64,000 nucleotides of DNA from Octopus vulgaris (lineage: Eukaryota): NCBI GenBank assembly GCA_951406725.2, contig OX597827.1, positions 60,636,001 through 60,700,000 on the forward strand, written 5' to 3'. Below are positions 40,176 to 53,913 of the stretch, piece by piece. Below the pieces are notes generated by a model. That model had not been told where the DNA came from, did not search any database, and was given only the letters and a program-made list of their open reading frames with translations. Each line of letters begins with the position of its first letter. The first letter of the stretch is position 1. The translations under genes were made by a program, and so were the position numbers.

Positions 40176-42247
40176 CAAATATAATATATAATATATATGC
40201 TCTTTTACTTGTTTCAGTCATTTGACTGCGGCCATGCTGGAGCACCACCTTTAGCCGAGCAAATCAACCCCAGGACTTATTCTTTGTAAGCCTAGTACTT
40301 ATTCTAACAGTCTCTTTTTGCTGAACTGCTAAATTAGGGTATGTGAACACACCAGCATCAGTTGTCAAGCGATGTTGTGAGGGACAAACACAGACACACA
40401 ACCACACACATATATAAACATATATACGACAGGCTTCTTTCAGTTTCCATCTACCAAATCCACTCACAAGGCTTTGGTTAGCCCGAGGCTATAGAAGACA
40501 CTTGCCCAAGGTGCCATGCAGTGGGACTGAACTCGGAACCATGTGGTTGGTAAGCAAGCTACTTACCACACAGCCACTCCTGCGCCTATATATAATATAT
40601 ATATATAACATATAATATATATATATAATATATAATATATATATGTGTGTGTGTCTATGTATGTAGCTCACTCTGCTGGGTGAATGGGTGGTGTTAGGAA
40701 GGGCATCTAGCCGTAAATATCATGTCAAAACAGACAGAGAGATATGGTGTCTAACCCCTGCCAGCATGGAAAGCGGACTTTAAACAGTGATTACAATGAT
40801 GATGATGTATGTAGGCTGTCCTGAGTGATTACCTTTGATGAAGGAGTATATAATTTTCATATCACTATCAACATTGAAGCCACAACTTTGATTTTCATTT
40901 CTTAATTTGCCGTTTCTTGTCTCTTTTTTTACATTTATCGGGAGTTATGTGATGTTTATAAAAAGAAAATTTTTAAAAAATTAAATCAAGTGAAAGGCCT
41001 TAAAAGTATTTTGAAAGAATGTTTAATGATGGCAATGTTAGAAATGATTATTGTTGCTAACCATTAGTGCACTGGACAAAATGCTTAGCAGCATTTCTTC
41101 CTGATCTTTACATTCTTAGTTCAAATCCTGCCATGGTCAATTTTACCTGTTATCTTTTTAGGGTTGATAATGTAACAGTCAAGAACTGGGATTGATATAA
41201 TTGACAAGCTCCTTCTCTCAAAATTTAAGGGCTTGCGCTTATAGTAAGAAGGATCATTATTACTACTAAGGCCTGAAATTTTGGCGGGGGAGGGAGCTCG
41301 GTTATTACATAAACCCCAGTGCTCAACTAGTACTTATTTTATAAAGCCCCAAAAGGACAAAAGGCAAAATTGACCAAGGTAGGATCATTACTGCACTGGT
41401 CAAAATACTTTGAGGCATTTCTTAGTGACATTATTGTATAAAAATAATGATATTATTATTATTATTATCATTATTGTTATTATGAGAGCAGCAAGCTGGC
41501 AGAATTCTTAGCACGCTGGACAAAATGCTTAGTGGTATTTTGTCTGTCTTTACGTTCTGAGTTCAAATTCAGCTCAGGGCAGCTTTGCCGTTCATCCTTT
41601 CGGGGTCGAAAAATTAAGTACCAGTTGCATACTGGGGGTTGATCTAATTGACTGGGTCTCTCTCCCAAAATGTTGTGCCTAGAGTAGTAAAGATCATCAC
41701 CCCCACACACCACCCCATATAATAATATAAATAATATATATATATATATATATATATGCATGCTTATATGGGTATAGGATGTCACCAACTGTGTAAACAA
41801 CATGAAGTATGAAAACAAATGAGTTAAATACACAAACAACGAGAGGAAAAAATGGAAAACAAGACAAGTAAACACAAAGAACAACCTTTCATCAGTTGTC
41901 GGCTGTGTATCTACTCCTCATTTCGAGCATTCAACGATAATATGAGTCTTCAAAGACAGTTGCTCCCATAAATACCAAAATAAAATTTTGGATTTATGAA
42001 AGGTGAAAGTTGGGAACAAAAACAGAATAGTGGAGACATACAAGGAAACCGAATGAAAACAAACACGGAGGGTTGTTAGACCAGAATGAGGGGAAAGTAG
42101 TGAACGCTGGGAGAAATATTTTCTTTGAAAAGAGAAAAGATAGAAGAGAGAGATAGAAGATGTCCAGTCCTTGATGTACTTGATGTTTAATGAAGCTACT
42201 ATGCAGTATGCGTGTGTGTATGATGAGAGAATGTGCAAAGACTGAGC

Positions 42248-42333
42248 TTATGGCGGTGTTGTCCTTAATCTGATGTAGATATCACCATATGGTTCCTTCT
42301 GTTTGAGGCGTATCAGGCAGTTCTGATGGGCCA
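42248..42333 (-). CDS. REC8: REC8/RAD21-family kleisin, terminal exon ((M)AHQNCLIRLKQKEPYGDIYIRLRTTPP*)
   Basis: Q.EPYGDI.I motif of the Rad21/Rec8 C-terminal winged helix; AG at 42334-42335; TAA at 42248-42250; phase fits the previous exon. REC8 versus RAD21L is an inference from divergence. Confidence 0.85.
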
Positions 42334-43194
42334 CTGGAATGGATGAAAAAATGAAAGAGAGAGAAATATTTTAAGTGTCAGATACAAAATGGTTTGTTGT
42401 TTTACCGAGATCACTTGGCAGGAATAGAAACAAGGGAAGATATGATGCTGTTATTTAATTTACGGGTTGAGTGTGCTAAGCGGTGATTAGTAAAAATGCA
42501 ATGTTTAATATCAGTCCTGATATGCTAAAAGCACATTCAAACATGTAAACAAACCATTCACCATGTTCTGTCATGAAGCAAGGTGCATTTGTTGCTATTA
42601 TCTTCATTTGGTTATTGCCATACTCGTTTAATACCTATTTCTTTATTACCCACAAGGGGCTAAACACAGAGGGGACAAACAAGGACAGACGTAGGTATTA
42701 AGTCGATTATATCGACCCCAGTGCGTAACTGGTACTTAATTTATCGACCCCAAAAGGATGAAAGGCAAAGTTGACCTCGGCGAAATTTGAACTCACAACG
42801 TAACGACAGACGAAATACGGCTGCGCATTTCGCCCGGTGTGCTAACGTTTCTGCCAGCTCGCCGCCTTTAAATATATGTGTGTATATATATGTATATATA
42901 TGTATATATATATATATATATGAGTGTTAGTGTCTCTCTGCCTTAACATCACATGATAGCTGTAAATAAATGTCGCCATCATATAAGCTGGGTCCTTCAG
43001 TTCCAATCTTATGTGAAAATATATCTGGCTATGGGGAAATATTACCTCACATGGAAACAGGTCAAGTTTGGTGACAGAAAGGGCATCCAGCTATAAAAAA
43101 TTCTGCCTGACTGATGCAAACATGGAGAAGTGGACAGTGAATGATGACGATGATGATGATATTAACAAAGATATTGAAATAGTATTTAACTTAC

Positions 43195-43304
43195 TAAGTA
43201 AAGCATAAAACAGACAGGCTGCTCTTCTCTTTTTAATTTGTCCAGGAGGACAAATCTGCTTGAATGTTGTCCAACGTTCTGTTTGGGTATATTTTTCCAC
43301 ATTC
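43195..43304 (-). CDS. REC8: REC8-like exon (NVEKYTQTERWTTFKQICPPGQIKKRRAACLFYALL)
   Basis: F....P....RR.AA..FY.LL winged-helix motif; 110 nt, AG/GTAAGT, phases 2/1. Confidence 0.85.
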
Positions 43305-44099
43305 CTGTAGAATGATTTGAACAAAGTCTTAAAAATATTACATACAATAAATGACAGTAGAAAAAATATGGTTGTGATGGTATGTCATATAACCGTTGAT
43401 ATGACTGAAATCCATCACAAGTTGCAGTCCTTGTTACAGTGTGGTGGTTTGTTTTCCTTAATGACCCTGAGAGCAATGCCGGTGGAGAGCAAGCTCCTGT
43501 TGGGGACCTTTAATGCTGGACAGGTCAAAAAATAGAAAAAATAGAAATCACCTGACAGAGTTCATATAGTGTTCCGGGGAAACACTTTATGAACTTTTTA
43601 CCTTGGGACCTCTACCAGGTCCCAGAGGTAAAAAGTCGGTTTGCATAGGGCTAATGCTCTTACCTAGAACAGGGCAAAGTTATAGAAACTTCAATGACAA
43701 TTCAAAAGACCTGGTAGAGGATGGCTGAGACAACTCCAGTTGCCTCGACACAAAACATTGTTTATTAAATGTCATCCAATCAATGGACATGATCCTATCA
43801 TGTGACATTGTTCGCTCTCACATCTTTTATTATTTAAGCTTATGTTGATTCGTCCAAGGGAACACTTTATGGACTCTGTCAGGTGATGTTAGATATACAA
43901 TGACTTGTTGTGGATTTTGCTCTTTTTGCCTTAGAACACTTACTGTGGTACAGACAGTTCATTTAGCATCGTGGACAATTGAAGTTACAGCTCACCATTT
44001 TGCACTTCAGTTTGGAATTTTCGCAGTGTTTTCTTTGTTCGTTACATGAGCACAAAATCATTATTTTTCTTACATTATAAAACATTGATATGAGGCCCC

Positions 44100-44365
44100 G
44101 CTTGCTAGATCAACTGGTTATCAAATAAAGCTCAATATTCTTCTAGCCATCGCTCATCGTCTCATTTTAACCAAATCCAGTGGCTAGCCTTTTCCACTGT
44201 AGTTTGGATACCGGTCATGGTGGTATTGACCTTACGATGAGTTAGGCCTAACGATAACAACAGTCGTCTCACACTGTGTCCAACAAACCCTCTACATCCA
44301 ACTTCAACTGGAAAATGCTCCGCTTTCCAGCCTGCGTCTTCACATTCCTCGTGGAGGTTCACGTA
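44100..44365 (-). mobile_element. Hero/R2-group RLE LINE C-terminal fragment
   Basis: YVNLHEECEDAGWKAEHFPVEVGCRGFVGHSVRRLLLSLG...EKASHWIWLK; PVEVGCRGF is characteristic of Hero-clade restriction-like endonuclease tails. Confidence 0.8.
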
Positions 44366-44430
44366 ACAATAAATTAACAACAAAAAATGTGAGACACAGA
44401 AGCAACAAACAACAAGGTTATCCATCTTAC

Positions 44431-44622
44431 ATTACAATATAATCTTGAAGATGCCTAAATTCAGGGATTCTCTCTTCATCCGAATTCACAGGAGATATTG
44501 ATATGCTGGGTATATCCACAGGTATTTCTTCAACTAAAGGATACAACTCCTCATCAAGTGGATGGATTGAAGGTTGTTCAATTATCTGGGTTGTCTCTTC
44601 TTCACTCAGGCTTTGGGTTTTT
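44431..44622 (-). CDS. REC8: REC8-like acidic exon (KTQSLSEEETTQIIEQ...RHLQDYIV)
   Basis: 192 nt open, TTTCAG acceptor and GTAAGA donor, phases 2/2 consistent with neighbours. Confidence 0.8.
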
Positions 44623-46783
44623 CTGAAATAGCAATGTATACAATGTACATGAGTTACTAGCAATGATAATTTTTTTTTTTTACATTGGTAAAAACACATA
44701 AATTTCTCAAGAAGGAAGGGATATAGACCAGTATACGATGGCAACTTATTTTATTAATCTACTGAGGTCAATCTGGCAGGATTGTTAGTATATTGGACAA
44801 AATGCTAAGCAGCATTTCTTCTGGCTCTTTCACGTTCTGAGTTCAAATTCTGCTGAGGTCAGTTTTGCCAATTGTGGAAGTGTGTAGATTAGTGGTTGTT
44901 GTTTGTTCCTTCTCGAGCCACACCTGGCTCATTAGGACCGGTTTCCTGGTTTCCTTGGCGTATAGGTTCCCCACCTGGACGGGACGCCGGTCCATCGCAG
45001 GTGAGCTGCAAGATGCAGGAGAAAAGAGTGAGAGAAAGTTGTGGCGAAAGAGTCAGCAGAAGTTCGCCATTACTTTCTGCTGGAGTCGCGTGGAGCTTAG
45101 GTGTTTCACTCATAAACACACATATCGCTTAGTCTGAGATTCAAACCCACGATCCCTCGACTGTGAGTCTGCTGCTCTAACCACTAGGCCATGTGCCTTC
45201 ACGGATTAGTGGTTAGGGTATCAGATACATGATTGTAAGATTGTGGTTTTGATTCCTGGATTGGGTGGTGTATTGTGTCCCTAAGCAAAACACTTCATTT
45301 CTTGTGGTTGCAGTCCACTCAGCTGCCAAAAACGAGTAATCATGTGGAAGACCAGTGTCTCGTTGGTGGGTGGAGTCTATATGTCACAGTAACCAGGAAA
45401 CCAGCATTATGAGTCTAGAGTCTATATCAGTGCTCTGCCACTGGTATGCCACAGCACACTAGTGTGTGCCACGAGATGAAGCTATGTGTACTGCGATGTA
45501 ACCTGAATATAATGTTTTCCCCCATACTTTTACTTATATTTTTAGTTTAGGTGTACCACTGGATTTTGAAAAGAATATAAGTGTTCCACAAGTGAAAAAA
45601 AGCTGTGGAGCACTGGTCAATTGGATCAGGAAGGATCTTTAACCATTTTTATTCAGTTTTGCCTTTCTTCTAAAGGCACAAAAGAAGCAAGTGGTGGGGT
45701 GTCCATTCAGGCAATTCTACAAACACAAGAACTCAGAAGACAAAGGGCCAGAAAAAAAAAATATATATTGTGATCTCTAAAAATATGTACGTGTGAGTGA
45801 GTGCACATGAATGTTCGTGTGCATGTATGTACAGGGGTGTAGCTAAGGTGAATGGTACCCAGAGCATGCATCAAAATTTTGTCTCCTCACAACCAAAAAG
45901 TAGAAACTCTCAAAGAAATGGCTTAATTAGAAAATCATCTTGGCCAAAATTGCACTCCCTCAAAGTGGCACCTAGGACCTCCCCCAAAATAGACACCAAT
46001 ATTTAAGTGTTATCTAAGCTTAATAAAATTACCTATGAAGAAAAACAACCAATACCAATGTAGGTAATCTCCAGATACAAGCATAACAAATATGGATTCC
46101 CATCACCAGCTGCCAAACAGATATCATTATCGTTTTGACATCTGGGCAATCAATTCACCTCTTGGTGTCAACAGCATTAAAAGCATAAATACTGCCTAGG
46201 TATATATATATATTGATAGATGTGTAGCCACTACACACATTTTTTTTCTCTCCTTGTTTCTTTCTGTGGAAGAGCGTAGGCTTGAAACATAAAAGACTTT
46301 TTCAATTCCCGAGCATTAAACTAATACAGCTGTTTGTTTTCTACACCACCTGTCTTCCACTTTTGTTTTTTCGCGAATTCTCCCTATATATATATATAAA
46401 TACTGCCTAGGTATATATATTACTCTTTTACTCTTTTACTTGTTTCAGTCATTTGACTGCGGCCATGCTGGAGCACCACCTTTTAGTACTTATTCTATCG
46501 GTCTCTTTTTGCCGAACCGCTAAGTGACGGGGACATAAACACACCAGCATCGGTTGTCAAGCAATGCTAGGGGGACAAACACAGACACACAAACACACAT
46601 ATACATATATATACATATATACGACAGGCTTCTTTCAGTTTCCGTCTACCAAATCCACTCACAAGGCATTGGTCGGCCCGGGGCTATAGCAGAAGACACT
46701 TGCCCAAGATGCCACGCAGTGGGACTGAACCCGCAACCGTGTGGTTGGTTAGCAAGCTACTTACCACACAGCCACTCCTGCGC

Positions 46784-46822
<39 letters not shown>

Positions 46823-47136
46823 CTACCTAGGTATATATATATATATATATAAATACTGCCTAGGTATATATATATATATATTCTTTTACTTGTTTCAGTC
46901 ATTTGACTGTGGCCATGCTGGAGCACCGCCTTAGAGGGTTTTTAGTCAAAGAAATCAACCGTAGGACTTATTCTTTATAAGCCTAGTACTTATTCTAGCT
47001 GTCTCTTTTGCTGAACTGCTAAGTTACTGGGACAAACACATCAACATCGGCTGTCATGTAATGGTGGGGAGATGTGGGCAAATACCGACACACACATTGA
47101 TCTATATATATATATATATATACATGTATGTATGTA

Positions 47137-47178
<42 letters not shown>

Positions 47179-47344
47179 ATGGGCTTCTTTCAGTTTCCTT
47201 CTACCAAATTCACTCACAACACTTCAGTCAGCGCAAGGCTATAGAAAAAGGAACTTCTTCTAGGTGCCACACAGTGGCACTGAACCAAGAACCGTGTGGT
47301 TGGAAAGCAAGCTTCTTACCACCCAGCCATATATATGTTTTTAC

Positions 47345-47493
47345 CTTCTTTTCCGAGGAGTGCTTTCATGCAAAGAATCTTTTGATTTTCCACTTTTAAT
47401 ACTGACAGGAGTCACACTTCTCTCAATTAAGCTTGACCTTTGACGCTCACTAACAACAGAGGATGGTCGAGGTAACTCTACAGATGAAAGGTC
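47345..47493 (-). CDS. REC8: REC8-like Ser-rich exon (DLSSVELPRPSSVVSERQRSS...HESTPRKR)
   Basis: 149 nt open, TGTAG acceptor, GTAAAA donor, phases 0/2. Confidence 0.8.
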
Positions 47494-48425
47494 CTACAAG
47501 AGACAAAAGCTTAACATTCAGACATCATAATTTTTTCAAATGTTTAAAACAGCTTTTAAAACAGTTTTTGTGGAGGAAAAAAAAATTTTAACAATCAGTT
47601 CTTGCTAGTAAGAATAAAAATAAGGTGGCGAGCAGGCAGAAACGTTAGCACACCGGGCGAAATGCTTTGCGGTATTTTGTCTGCCGCTACGTTCTGAGTT
47701 CAAATTCCGCCGAGGTCGACTTTGCCTTTCATCCTTTTGGGGTCGATTAAATAAGTACCAGTTACGCACTGGGGTCGATATAATCGACTTAATCCGTTTG
47801 TCTGTCCTTGTATGTCCCCTCTGTGTTTAGCCCCTTGTGGGTAGTAAAGAAATAGGTATTTTGTCTGCCATTATGTTCTGAGTTCCTATTCCACCAAGGT
47901 TGACTTTGCCTCTCATCCTTTCAGGGTCGATAAATTAAGTACCAGTTACACACTGGGGTTGATGTAATCGACTTAATCCCTTTGTCTGTCCTTGTTTGTC
48001 CCCTCTGTGTTTAGCCCCTTGTGGGTAATAAAGAAATCAGAATAAAATTTCTAAAACAGATAGAGGTATTTGAAGGATTGTTTTGGTACAATGGTAGAAT
48101 GTCTGTCCTGTGGATTTGTGTCTCACAGGCAGCCTTCAAATGTTTCTATTCAAAGGGATTTTTAACCCACACTATTTTTAACATGCTATTATTTAAAAAG
48201 AAAGGCAAAGTTGACCATAGTAAGATATGAGCTTAGGAAGTAGTGAGATTGATATAATTAACTGAAACCTTTCAATATGGTGCACCAGCATGGCCACGGT
48301 GCAATAACTGAGACAAATGAAAGAATTTCTAATTTTCAAAGGTAAGAAACAAGTGTTGAAAGTATCAAAAGCACAGCAAAAATATTGACTATATTTCAGA
48401 TTAAAAGATTAAAAAATTAACATAC

Positions 48426-48469
48426 CTGTAGTTGATCAGACCTGGGAGTTGATGAGGATTCAGTGCTCA
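48426..48469 (-). CDS. REC8: REC8-like 44-nt exon ((L)STESSSTPRSDQLQ)
   Basis: TTTAG acceptor, CAG|GTATG donor; phases 1/0 bridge the flanking exons. Confidence 0.7.
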
Positions 48470-50113
48470 CTAAACAATAAAAGAAACAGAAATTAATAAA
48501 TAAGTTGTACAAAGACACAGAATGATTCATATTCAACAAGTGATGATTGTAAAGATTTTAATTCAAGTGTTTCACATTAACACTCTTGAAACCAACCCTC
48601 CTCAGATTGCTTCTGATTCTGTGACACGAAACTGCTAGTTCAAAAGTGAAGTGATAATCACAAAGTTGCAGTTTCAATCGCTACATATGCAGTCAGCATA
48701 TTGTGCTCCTGAGCAGGTTGCTTTGCAACCACATGGTTTCAGGTTCAGCTTCACTGCATGGTTACAGGTAAGTTCACTACTATCGATTCACCATGAAGAA
48801 AGTTCACAATGAGGAAGTTTACTGAGAAAGTATATCCGTAGTATCTCTCCATTAATAGTTAAAATAATGAAGATCAAAAAGTGCAATCAGATACTCTTTT
48901 ACTCTCTCACTTGTTTGAGTCATTTGACTGCAGCCATGCTGGAGCACTGCCTTTAGTCGAGCAAATCGACCCTAGGACTTATTCTTTGTAAGCCTAATAC
49001 TTATTCTATCATTCTCTTTTTGCCGAACTGCTAAGTTACGGAGACGTAAACACACCAGCATCGGTTGCCAAGCGATGTTAGGGGGGACAAACACAGACGC
49101 ACACACATATATATACATATATACGACGGGCTTCTTTCAGTTTCCATCAGCCAAATCCACTCACAAGGCTTTGGTCAGCCCGAGGCTATAGTAGAAGACA
49201 CCTGCCCAAGGTGCCACACAGTGGGACTGAACCCGGAACCATGTGGTTGGTAAGCAAGCTACTTACCACACAACCACTCCTACCTTTTGGGTTAAAACAT
49301 AGTATGTACTAAATACGAAGAAAAATAAGCTTAGTTTTAAATTCACACTTCCTTACAACATAAATCAACACAAAATTCAAATTTACATTATTCAAAATTG
49401 TGTTTGAATTGATGACAGTAAACTTACTGGACATACCACTGCATAAGCTGATCAAACTTTGTGAGTGAATTTGATAGACAGGAACTGTGTGGAAGCCTGT
49501 TAAATATGTGTGTGTCTTTGTGTTTATCTCCACCATCACTTGACAACCAGTGTTGGTTTGTTTATATTCTTGTAACTTAGTGGTCTGGCAAAGGAGACTG
49601 CTAGAATAAGTACCAGACTTTAAAAAAAAAACGTAAGTAGTGGTGTTGATTTATTTGACTAAATCTTTTGAGGAAAACCTTGTTCTGTGGAAATAGTCTC
49701 AGGAGAAATATTTCCACTCAAACATGTGTGGAAACACATGGGGCTATGAATGATGTCACCTGATTGTAGGATGCATGCATTTCTGCATTGTTATGCATCA
49801 TCAGCCAGAAATACCAAATCCATCCTTCACAGCTTTATCATAACGACAGTTCTGATATGTGGAAACAGCACAAAATAAATTTGCTGATGTGCATAAAATT
49901 TGGTCAAGCTGAAATGTATTAAATAGCAGTGTTGGATAAAATATATGCATGTACAATAATATTTACGACAATTTGAATTTTGTGTTGATTTATGTTACAA
50001 AGAAATGTAAATTTAAAATTAAGCTTATTTTTCTTCATATTTAGTACATACTATATTCAAATAACTGAACAGCTGAAAACTCATGATCTCTCTCTCTCTC
50101 TCCTTCTCTTTGA

Positions 50114-50144
<31 letters not shown>

Positions 50145-50467
50145 TGTGTGTGTGCATATATATATATACATATATATACATACATTATCCAATATTCACA
50201 TCCTATTATTTCTTATGATATAAAGAACATACAATTCTCACTAGTAAGAACAAAGCTTCTAAAATAGATATAATATTTCAAATGGTTGCTTTGGTCCACT
50301 GGCAGAACATGTCATAGTTACAAAAATATAGTTTCAAATCCTATGAGAAACCACCCAAATTTTTTTTCTATCCAGAGTGAGGGCTTTTAACCCAATCTTC
50401 ATAGTTTTATCTACTTTGAATTCAACAAATTCTTGTTAAAACATAACGGAACAGCCAAAATACTCAC

Positions 50468-50584
50468 ACACTAGTTCTGGTACACAAAAAATAGGTCTTT
50501 TCTGATCTGATTCCGTTTCACTGAAATCTTCAACTTGTTTTAAGTTTCTTGCCCAGAGTGGAAACAAAAGCTTTTGTCTTAGCT
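50468..50584 (-). CDS. REC8: REC8-like exon ((E)LRQKLLFPLWARNLKQVEDFSETESDQKRPIFCVPELV)
   Basis: 117 nt, TTTCAG/GTGAGT, phases 1/1; L..LW.R resembles the end of the kleisin central STAG-binding segment. Confidence 0.8.
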
Positions 50585-50899
50585 CTGAAAATAATTTTTA
50601 AAATATGTAAATCAATCTTTCTGTGCTTATTTCCACTAGCAGAACACTGCTTGAAGGGTGGTTATTTTCCTAGTATTCCTAATAAAAACAATTAACTAGA
50701 GGAAAGAGAGAAATAGAGAGTATCGGAAAAGAAAGGAAGTGAAAGTAACAGGTTACGAGAGAAAAGAAGGAAAAAATATTAAATAACAGGAGAGAGAAAT
50801 ACATGAAGGCATAGAGGGAAGGGTATAAGATCTTCAAAAATGCTTTTAGTAAATGTTACGTACTAATTAATAAGCAGATATCCTTTTTATAGTATAGAA

Positions 50900-51119
50900 C
50901 AGTGGTTTTCAACCAGGGTTCCGCGGAACCTTAGGGTTCTGCCAGTACAGTCCAGGGGCTCTGCAAGAAGTTGCAAACCTGCTAAAATCGACAGTAATTT
51001 TTAATTCTCCTGTGCAGATATGTGTGCATAAGACTATTATATTATTGCACAGGGGTTCCTCGAGCCAGTGGAATGTTTCCTTGGGGTTAAAGCTCCAGCA
51101 AAAAGTTTGAAAAGCACTG
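50900..51119. mobile_element. hAT (Charlie/Buster-like) MITE
   Basis: TIR CAGTGGTTTTCAA / TTGAAAAGCACTG; 8-bp TSD GTATAGAA at 50892-50899 and 51120-51127. Confidence 0.88.
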
Positions 51120-51932
51120 GTATAGAAGCTCTCTTGCATGTTATTTGACTTCAAATTCATAGATCTTGAGACCAAATTAAGAGTAAGTTTTATCATCCTG
51201 TCTTTCATCATGCATACTCACACACACACACATTCCATCTTATGTCTGTTTTACCATGCTAGCATTGCTTATATAGGAGATTACTGAGGCAGGAATTTTA
51301 CAGCCAGATGCTATTTCTGTCACCAATTCACACCTGTTTTCCAATAAGGAATATTTTTTATTGTTTTATTTTAGGATGGTCATTTTTTTTTTTGCCAAAT
51401 AAGCACACGCACTGTGCCGGTGTGCAGATAACACATAAAAAACCCCACAATTTTCCGTGACCGTTGCCAGTACCACCTGACTGGCCCTCATGCCGGTGTC
51501 ATGTAAAAGCACCCACTACACTCTCAGAGTGGTTGGTGTTAGGAAGGGCATCCAGCTGTAGAAACTCTGTCAGATCAGATTGGAGACTGGTGCAACCATC
51601 TGGTTCGCCAGTCCTCAGTCAAATCGTCCAACCCATGCTAGCATGGAAAGCGGATGTTAAGCGAAGATGATGATGATGATGATGATGATGACTATATAGT
51701 CGTTCTTCACCTGTTTATTATTAATTTTTATTCCAGAAGAATTCAAAAGCACATTAATTAACTTTATTAATGAATGTCAAGCCACTGGAAAGCTAACAAT
51801 CCAAATAGAACACTTCTAGGCTTGGATGCACCCTACACAAGGGCAGAGTACCTTCTCCCTATATATATGGTTCAAAGAATACAACATTAATAAACTAAAT
51901 ACTACTGAAATGTATTGCCAAATATTTCTTAC

Positions 51933-52005
51933 CTTTTCTGGCAGGATTCTTAAAGAGTTCTTTGAATGTACTGGCTAGCAGAAGGGGATGGCATACTTGA
52001 ACATC
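51933..52005 (-). CDS. REC8: REC8-like exon (DVQVCHPLLLASTFKELFKNPARK)
   Basis: 73 nt, GATAG/GTAAGA, phases 0/1; ELF..P motif of the kleisin central domain. Confidence 0.8.
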
Positions 52006-52141
52006 CTATCAAAACAGGAGATAGTAGCAGTTTAAAATGTGACTGAATAATTATTTGTAGCTGAAAAGTTTGATAGGATGATCTGGCAGGATCATCCTAC
52101 TAGGGCCTTACTCTCATTTGACACAGCAGCTGTGGGTTTAA

Positions 52142-52361
52142 CCCTTTTGATACCAACCCAGCTGAAACCACCTCTGGCTCTGTAGTACAAATGTTTTGTT
52201 TTCATAAGTTTTGAATTAAAATCTTCTACCAAACTTTAGTCGCGATTTATGCTCTTAACCCTAGCTTAATGATGACAAAATTATTTTACTAAATTCCTTG
52301 TTATATCTAAAATTAATTGAAAGAAACAGAACATCTCAAAATAAATACAGTAACGAAAGTG
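52142..52361. mobile_element. piggyBac-like MITE
   Basis: TTAA on both sides with CCCTTTTGATAC / GTAACGAAAGTG imperfect ends. A second family with TTAA TSDs at 60998-61213 and 61990-62210. Confidence 0.6.
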
Positions 52362-53013
52362 TTAAAGGGATCCTGTGGCAGGCCCAACACCAGATGGCAG
52401 GAAGTGATTAAGGAAATTCTCCAGAGGCTTGGTGTTGTCTTGGAGGATGCAGAGGGGCTGGCCAAAGCTGACATGGAGCAAGAAGCAGCCCTGTGGCTCG
52501 CCGGATCCTCTCAAATAATCCAGCCCATGCCAGCATAGAAAACTGATGTTAGATGATGATGATGATGATGGTGGTGACAATGATGAAGATTTATATTTCA
52601 TGCCATCGCTTTAGATTTATTATCATAGGCACACATGTGGCTGTGTGGTTAAGAAGCTTACTTCCCAACCACATGGTTTGGGGTTCAGCCCCACTGCATG
52701 CCACCTTGGATAAGCATATTCTATTATTACCCAGGCTCAACCAATACCTTGTGAATGAATTTAGTAGATGGAAACTATGTGGAAGCCCACAAATGTGTGA
52801 TAGAGTAATAATTACAAGACTTTAAAAGAAAAAAAAAACAGTTTAAACGCTGGGGTCAATTTGTTCAACTAAAACTCTTCAAGGCAGTGCCCCAGCATGG
52901 CTGTTGTCCAATGACTAAAATAAGTGTTGAAAAAATACAATATAGCAAGAGCAAGGAATTTATTATCTTAAACATCCCTCAATACAAATATAAGACAACA
53001 AAATAATGTTTAC

Positions 53014-53163
53014 CTGTATGTTTCTCACAATATCTCTGGTATTTACTATGTTCTGTAGTATATCTTTCTTGTTAATACAAATATCGGCATCAACCTTCAA
53101 ATGCCGTACATGACGTCTTCTTCGAGGGCTCTCAATTGGAGGAAGGACCAATGGAATAATGCG
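53014..53163 (-). CDS. REC8: REC8-like exon (RIIPLVLPPIESPRRRRHVRHLKVDADICINKKDILQNIVNTRDIVRNIQ)
   Basis: 150 nt, phase 0/0; basic run plus L.VD...I...I......DIV parallels the RAD21 KRKRKLIVD...SDIV STAG-binding region. Confidence 0.85.
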
Positions 53164-53408
53164 CTAGAAATTGGACAAGACATGTCAGAATGCCAGATGT
53201 ACAGTATATAATAGGTGGTTCCCAACCCTTTTATTGAAGTGAGTTTTCCCATGGACCCCTTTTAATATACTTATCCCTATGTATATATATATATTTAATT
53301 AAAATCTTAGGGTAGCAAGAATATTTATTGAAAAAATTCTTAGTTACCAATGGTCTAGCAAGAAGGAAAAAATTAGTCAATAGACTATATATTATTCAGA
53401 GAAAAATA

Positions 53409-53622
53409 CAGTGTACATTCAAACACAAAAAATAGATACCCAAAGAATAGGATATCTGACTCACTAGAAAGAGCAGTTAAACTCCAAGCCACTAATTGTT
53501 GTTATTCCATTTTCAATCACTTTCGGAATTACAACAATTAGCGGCTTGGAGTTTATCTGCTCTTTCTAGTGAGTCAGATATCCTATTCTTTGGGTATCTC
53601 TTTTGTGTTTGAATGCACACTG
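53409..53622. mobile_element. Tc1/mariner-type fold-back MITE (~100-bp arms)
   Basis: TA-CAGTG...CACTG-TA; 53409-53508 is a near-perfect inverse of ~53526-53622. Confidence 0.85.
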
Positions 53623-53680
53623 TATTTGGCCGCAGTCAAATAACTGAAACAAGTAAAAGAGAGTAAAGAGATATATATAT

Positions 53681-53913
53681 GTTGGTAAAAATGGTAAGAT
53701 AACAAAAGAAAGAAAGAGACCTCAATATTATGTAAATAGAGGAAATTTATCTGTAAATTAATATGTGACAATTATTCAGTAGCCAAGATAAAACTCTGTG
53801 TTTCGGATGCCGAGGTGGAAATCCACACCACCATCTCTTTGGTTATCTGGCCACCTTGGCATCCGAAACTCAGAGTTTTATCTTGGCTACTGAATAATTG
53901 TCACATATTAATT

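Noticed and set aside
41770-41980. CTGATGA/CGAAA motifs downstream of the REC8 stop as an HHR
   Set aside because: Motifs are in an order and spacing that do not give consistent stems; probably a decayed repeat.
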